DNA of 64,000 bases from Hemiscyllium ocellatum. Its lineage: Eukaryota. Location of the stretch: assembly GCF_020745735.1 (NCBI RefSeq), contig NC_083431.1, positions 45,908,496 through 45,972,495 of the forward strand, in the 5' to 3' direction. The position numbers and the translations under genes are program-made. Under the pieces are notes generated by a model. The model ran no database searches. It worked only from the letters and a program-made list of their open reading frames with translations, and was not told where the DNA came from. Position 1 is the stretch's first letter. Every line of letters begins with the position of its first letter. Of the stretch, positions 59,790-64,000 are shown in pieces.

Positions 59790-59985
59790 GACAGGGCGAC
59801 ACAGTGGTAAACACTGCAGCCTCACAGCCTCAGGGAACTGGCTTTGACTCCACCCTTGGGTGACTGTCTGGGTGGGGTTTGCACATTTCCCCTGTGTCTT
59901 GCATCAGTTTGCTCTGTTTCCTCCCACAGTCCAAGAATGTTAGTTGGCCATGTTAAATTGCCCCATAGTATCCAGGGATGTATAG
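59790..59985 (+). mobile_element. HE1-type SINE, diverged and 3'-truncated
   Basis: gtggtaaacactgcagcctcacag...tttgcacatt...ctcccacagtcc. Confidence 0.7.
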
Positions 59986-60242
59986 AATGAGAGGGGATCA
60001 GTTTGAAACATACCCCATTCTAACAGGGCCGTCCAGACTGGAACCAGGGGACACAACCTCAGGATATGGGTTTGAGATGAATTCGGACTGAGATGAAGAA
60101 ACATTCCATCATCAAAAGGGAAGCAAATCTATGAAATACTCAACCACAGAGGGTTGTGGAGGCCAAGTCACTGAATATAATCAAGAAAGTTTCAGATTTT
60201 AAAACATAAGGGGATATTGGGAGAATGTGGGAATTTTAAGTG

Positions 60243-60560
60243 GGTGGCACAGTGGTTCAGTGGTTAGCACTGCTGCCTCACAGCACCAGGGACCCAGGTT
60301 CGATTCCACTCTTGAATGACTGAGTGGAGTTTGCACATTCTCCCCATGTCTGCGTGGGTTTCCTTTCACAGTCCAAAGACATGCAGGTTAAGTGGATTGG
60401 TCATGCTAAACTACCCGTAGTGTCCAGCGATGTGCATGCAAGGTGGATTAGCCACAGGGAATGCAGGGTTAAAAAGAAGGGGCAGATGCAATGTTCTTCA
60501 GAGGGTTGATATGGACTCAATGGGCTGAATGGCCTGCTTCCACACTGTAGGGATTCCATA
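60243..60560 (+). mobile_element. HE1-type SINE
   Basis: ggtggcacagtggttcagtggttagcactgctgcctcacagcaccagggacccaggttcgattcc ... ccacactgtagggattc. Confidence 0.88.
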
Positions 60561-62294
60561 TTAACATTGAGATAGACGATCAGCCAGGATCCTATTGAAC
60601 AAAAGGCAGAGGAGATTACACTCATCCCCCAAAGCACAACACCAACTACCCAAATTTCTCCCCAGCTTGTTCCCCTAAACACCATCAATTTAAATACACC
60701 TCAGTCATTCTGGAAAGGTGGCAGTGAGTGTTCGACTTCAGCTCCTTAACGGTAGGAAAAGTAGAATCAACATGGTTTGTGTCCTTCAGTCAATGTAGGA
60801 TAACCGGCCACACAAATGCAGTTCACTGCTAGTACCACAACACAGACTCAAACAGTAATGACAGTTTTGTTTTGGGGTGGGGATATGGCATTTGAGTAAA
60901 CCCGTGTAATGAGTACAATCAGTTACTCTGTGTTAATCGGTATGTCTGATATCTGGCCCGTTGTGGCACTGCTTTGTCAAGGGAATGTCTGAAAGATGCA
61001 GGAACAGAAAACGCTGGGATTATGGAGTGGGTGAGTCGACATTGAAAAAGCAGTGACATGGGATTTAGTGCTTTGGGTAAGACCCTTCATTAGAAAATTG
61101 CCTTTTTGCTCCCATCACATCATCGGCATGAAAATTGCACAAAGTCCCTTAAACAAAAACATGTTCAGTGCAAAGGATTATAAATATTTGACAATCATTC
61201 CATCTCACTTTTCTGCTGATGTTCAGAAGAAACCAGAGGCTGGTTCTTGTGGTTTAATATTGTCTGGAAAACTTTCTTGTATTATTACTGTTTTGTAACT
61301 CACTTGACAACCAGTGATTTGTTTTGTATACATAAGCTCATCACTCCAGTCTGCATTAACCTCCCTATGGTGAAATTCTGATGTGTAAATCCAAACTATG
61401 ACTATCCTTTGTTACTCTTGCAGTTGTCGTATCGTTAGTCAGTCATAGTATATGTGTATTGTCATGTGTAGGTTTGGAAGAGGAAGAATTAGTGTTTTGC
61501 ATTGACTGCAGTTAGGAGAAGTAATAATCGTACAACAAACAGAAAATGGTGGCAAACACTCAGCAAGTTAGGGTAGAGAAACTAAGTTGATGTTTTAGAT
61601 TGATGAGCTCTGAACAGAGCAGCAAGGTGTTAAGCAGGTTAAGTGAACAGAGAGCCAAAGGGACAAGAGGGCAAGAAAGGATTGAATACGTGAAAAGATG
61701 GCGGCATAACTGCCTCACAATGGATGGAATCCTGTCTCCTTTAAGAATAATGGCAGTACAGGACCCTTTTCAAATCCCGATTTACATTCCTCACCCAACT
61801 CATTGACAGCTTATGAGATCTTCCAGTTCAAAGGTAGTCTCTGGAAGTGCTGTTCAATTGAGAAGGGGAGTCCTGTGGGATCCTTCATCTTGAAGTGTTT
61901 GAGGAAGTTTCGATCTTTAATTTGAGGAGTTATGTAGCTATGGCAACCAGCCTAGACCTGTGGAGGGGATGCTTCTGCTGCTGCTAGTGGAGCAATGAGT
62001 GAGTGTAGGAGTCCTTGTCACCACCTCCACCATGCCTCACCCCACCTCAGGCCTGAATGCCAACAAGCCACTGGCTGGAAGACCCCAGTAGAACCCCAAT
62101 CTGTCTACGTAATGATTCCGAGCAGCTCTGTGCCATTGCTGGTGGTGAGTTGGTCTCTGTGAAATCACCAGAGGGTGCAGACATTTTCTGGCAGCTGATC
62201 CACACTCTCATTTCCACCGGGTCCTGTTTAAAACCCACCTCCATGTGACCAGGTACAGTAGCTTCCTCCCAGTTTGTTTGAGTCTGTGCCCTAG

Positions 62295-62467
62295 GAGAAA
62301 GTGAGGACTGCAGATCAGATTTAAAAAGTGTGGCACTGGTTAAGCACAGCAGGTCAGGCAGCATCTGAGGAGCAGAGGAGTCATCAGTTCGGGTGTAAGC
62401 TCTTCAATTCTCCTGCTCCCCGGATGCTGCCTGACTTGCTGTGCTTTTCTAGCACCACACTCTCAAC
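62295..62467. mobile_element. Palindromic Penelope-terminus element, family A, centrally deleted
   Basis: Inverted arms (aagcacagcaggtcaggcagcatc / gatgctgcctgacttgctgtgctt). A 12-bp TSD TCTGTGCCCTAG lies at 62283-62294 and 62468-62479. Confidence 0.75.
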
Positions 62468-62689
62468 TCTGTGCCCTAGAACACCTCAAATATAACCGAG
62501 GCAGAGAGTTCATCAAAGAGTGTTGAGCTTTTAACTTTATTCCTTTATTTTTCTAGTCTATATTAAGAAGTACTTTAATGTTAACTATTACCTTATTTCT
62601 CTATTTATCTACTTATTCTATGAAGGTAATGCTCAACTTTTTAAGTTTGTTTATTTTACTGCTTTGTACCTAAGCTGGCACTGTGTGTT

Positions 62690-63103
62690 GTGATGCCCAT
62701 ATCTCTCTAAATGTTTCCTATTCATATATCCATTAAATGTTGTATATGTACCGTTCCTCTGGCTCATTCTGTGCGGGCACCACCCTCTGTCCATTAGGTC
62801 CCTTTTAAATTTTTCCCCTCTCACCTTAAACCTTTGCCATTTGGCTTTGGACTTCCTCACTCTAGGAAAAAAACCTTGTCCATTCACCTGCCAATGTCCC
62901 TCATGATTTTATAAAACTCGGTAAGGTCACCCCTGAGCCTCCGACGCTCCAGGGAAAACAGCCCCAGCCTGTTCAGCCTCTCCCTGTAGCTCAAATCCTC
63001 CAACCCTGGCAACATCCTTTTCTGAACCCTTTCAAGTTTCACAACATCTTTCCGGAAGCAGGGAGACCAGAATTGCCATGCCGTATTCCAACGTCGCCAA
63101 ACC
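62690..63103 (-). mobile_element. HER1/CR1 LINE 3' fragment
   Basis: QFWSPCFRKDVVKLERVQKR...RRLRGDLTEFYKIMR. Confidence 0.85.
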
Positions 63104-63436
63104 AAAGAAAGTCACTATATAAATGCAAGTCCTTTTTTCCCTAACTGCCACCCTGTTTATGGACAGATGTCAGATGAAGCCAGGATTTGAGCTTGACTCA
63201 GATGGTCTTAAATTGGTGATGCATGTAGATCCTGTGGTTTTCTTCTTTCTCATTCACCTGCAGTAATTTCAATCAGTGCAAATCTCAAAGAAATTGTGCA
63301 GGAATGGTTGAGGTTACTGCAGGAGTTGAGAGAATCCCAATGAATTGTTGTCGAAGGCTTCCTGTGAATGTTGGCTACTTGGGACTTTGGTCCTGTTAGA
63401 TGTGTCAGCCTGTTGGAGACAAGACAATATTTGATT

Positions 63437-63978
63437 TAGAGTCATAGTTATAGAGCGGTGCAGCATGGAAACAGACCCTTCAGTCCAACTCGTCCATGAC
63501 AACCAGTTATCCTAAATTACTCTCGTCCCATTCGACAGCATTTAGCCCATATCCTGCTAAACCCTTCCTATTCATACATCCATCCACATGCCTTTTAAGT
63601 GTTGTAATTGTACCAGCCTCCACTACTTCCTCTGGCAGTTCATTCCATACACGTACCACCCTCTGTGTGACAAAGTTGCCCCACAGGTCCTTTTCAAATC
63701 TTTCCCCTCTCACCCAAAACCTATGCCTTCTGGTTTTGGACTCGCTCACCCTGGGGATAAGGCCTTGGCTATTTACCCTGTCCATGCCCCTCATGATTTT
63801 ACAAACCTCTATAAGGTCACCTTCAGCCTCTGCTGCTCCAGGGAAAACAGCCCCGGCCTATTCAGCCTCTCCCTATAGCTCAAACCCTCCAAACCCTGGC
63901 AACATCCCTGTAACTTGTTTCCGAACACTTTCAAGTTTCACAATATATTTTCCCTGTAGCAGGCAGACCAGAATTTGA
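63437..63978 (-). mobile_element. HER1/CR1 LINE 3' fragment
   Basis: MRGMDRVNSQGL...FVTQRVVRVWNELPEEVVEAGT plus tail. Confidence 0.88.
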
Positions 63979-64000
63979 CAGGGAATATTTTGCTGTGTTC

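Overview
Vertebrate genomic DNA, almost certainly from a shark or other elasmobranch, judging from abundant HE1-type tRNA-SINEs, HER1/CR1 LINEs, Penelope-like elements and Deu-domain SINEs. There are three spliced protein-coding loci. (1) RHBDD2, a rhomboid pseudoprotease on the minus strand: coding exons 1-3 run from 17089 down to 5621, intron 2 is a minor-spliceosome (U12) intron, and the C-terminal exon is unresolved. (2) A complete 16-exon TAF15 (FET-family RNA-binding protein) on the plus strand, 26071-50690. It gives a 1272-nt CDS of 423 aa, assembled by hand from GT-AG junctions with consistent phases. (3) A signal-peptide-coding first exon in a CpG island at 57972-58121, tentatively MMP28. 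The most striking unexplained structure is a 24-copy, 54-bp minisatellite about 350 bp upstream of the TAF15 ATG. Its unit is a compact promoter module: E-box, full metal-response-element consensus, ZNF143-like core, Sp/KLF box and CCAAT box. Other notable items are short palindromic Penelope-derived insertions carrying hammerhead-ribozyme motifs and target-site duplications, a candidate poison exon in TAF15 intron 7, and an altFUS-like +1-frame ORF in the spliced TAF15 mRNA. Most ORFs in the six-frame track are transposon remnants or repeat artefacts. Repeat-family names come from recognition of sequence motifs, not from a database search, and repeat boundaries are approximate.
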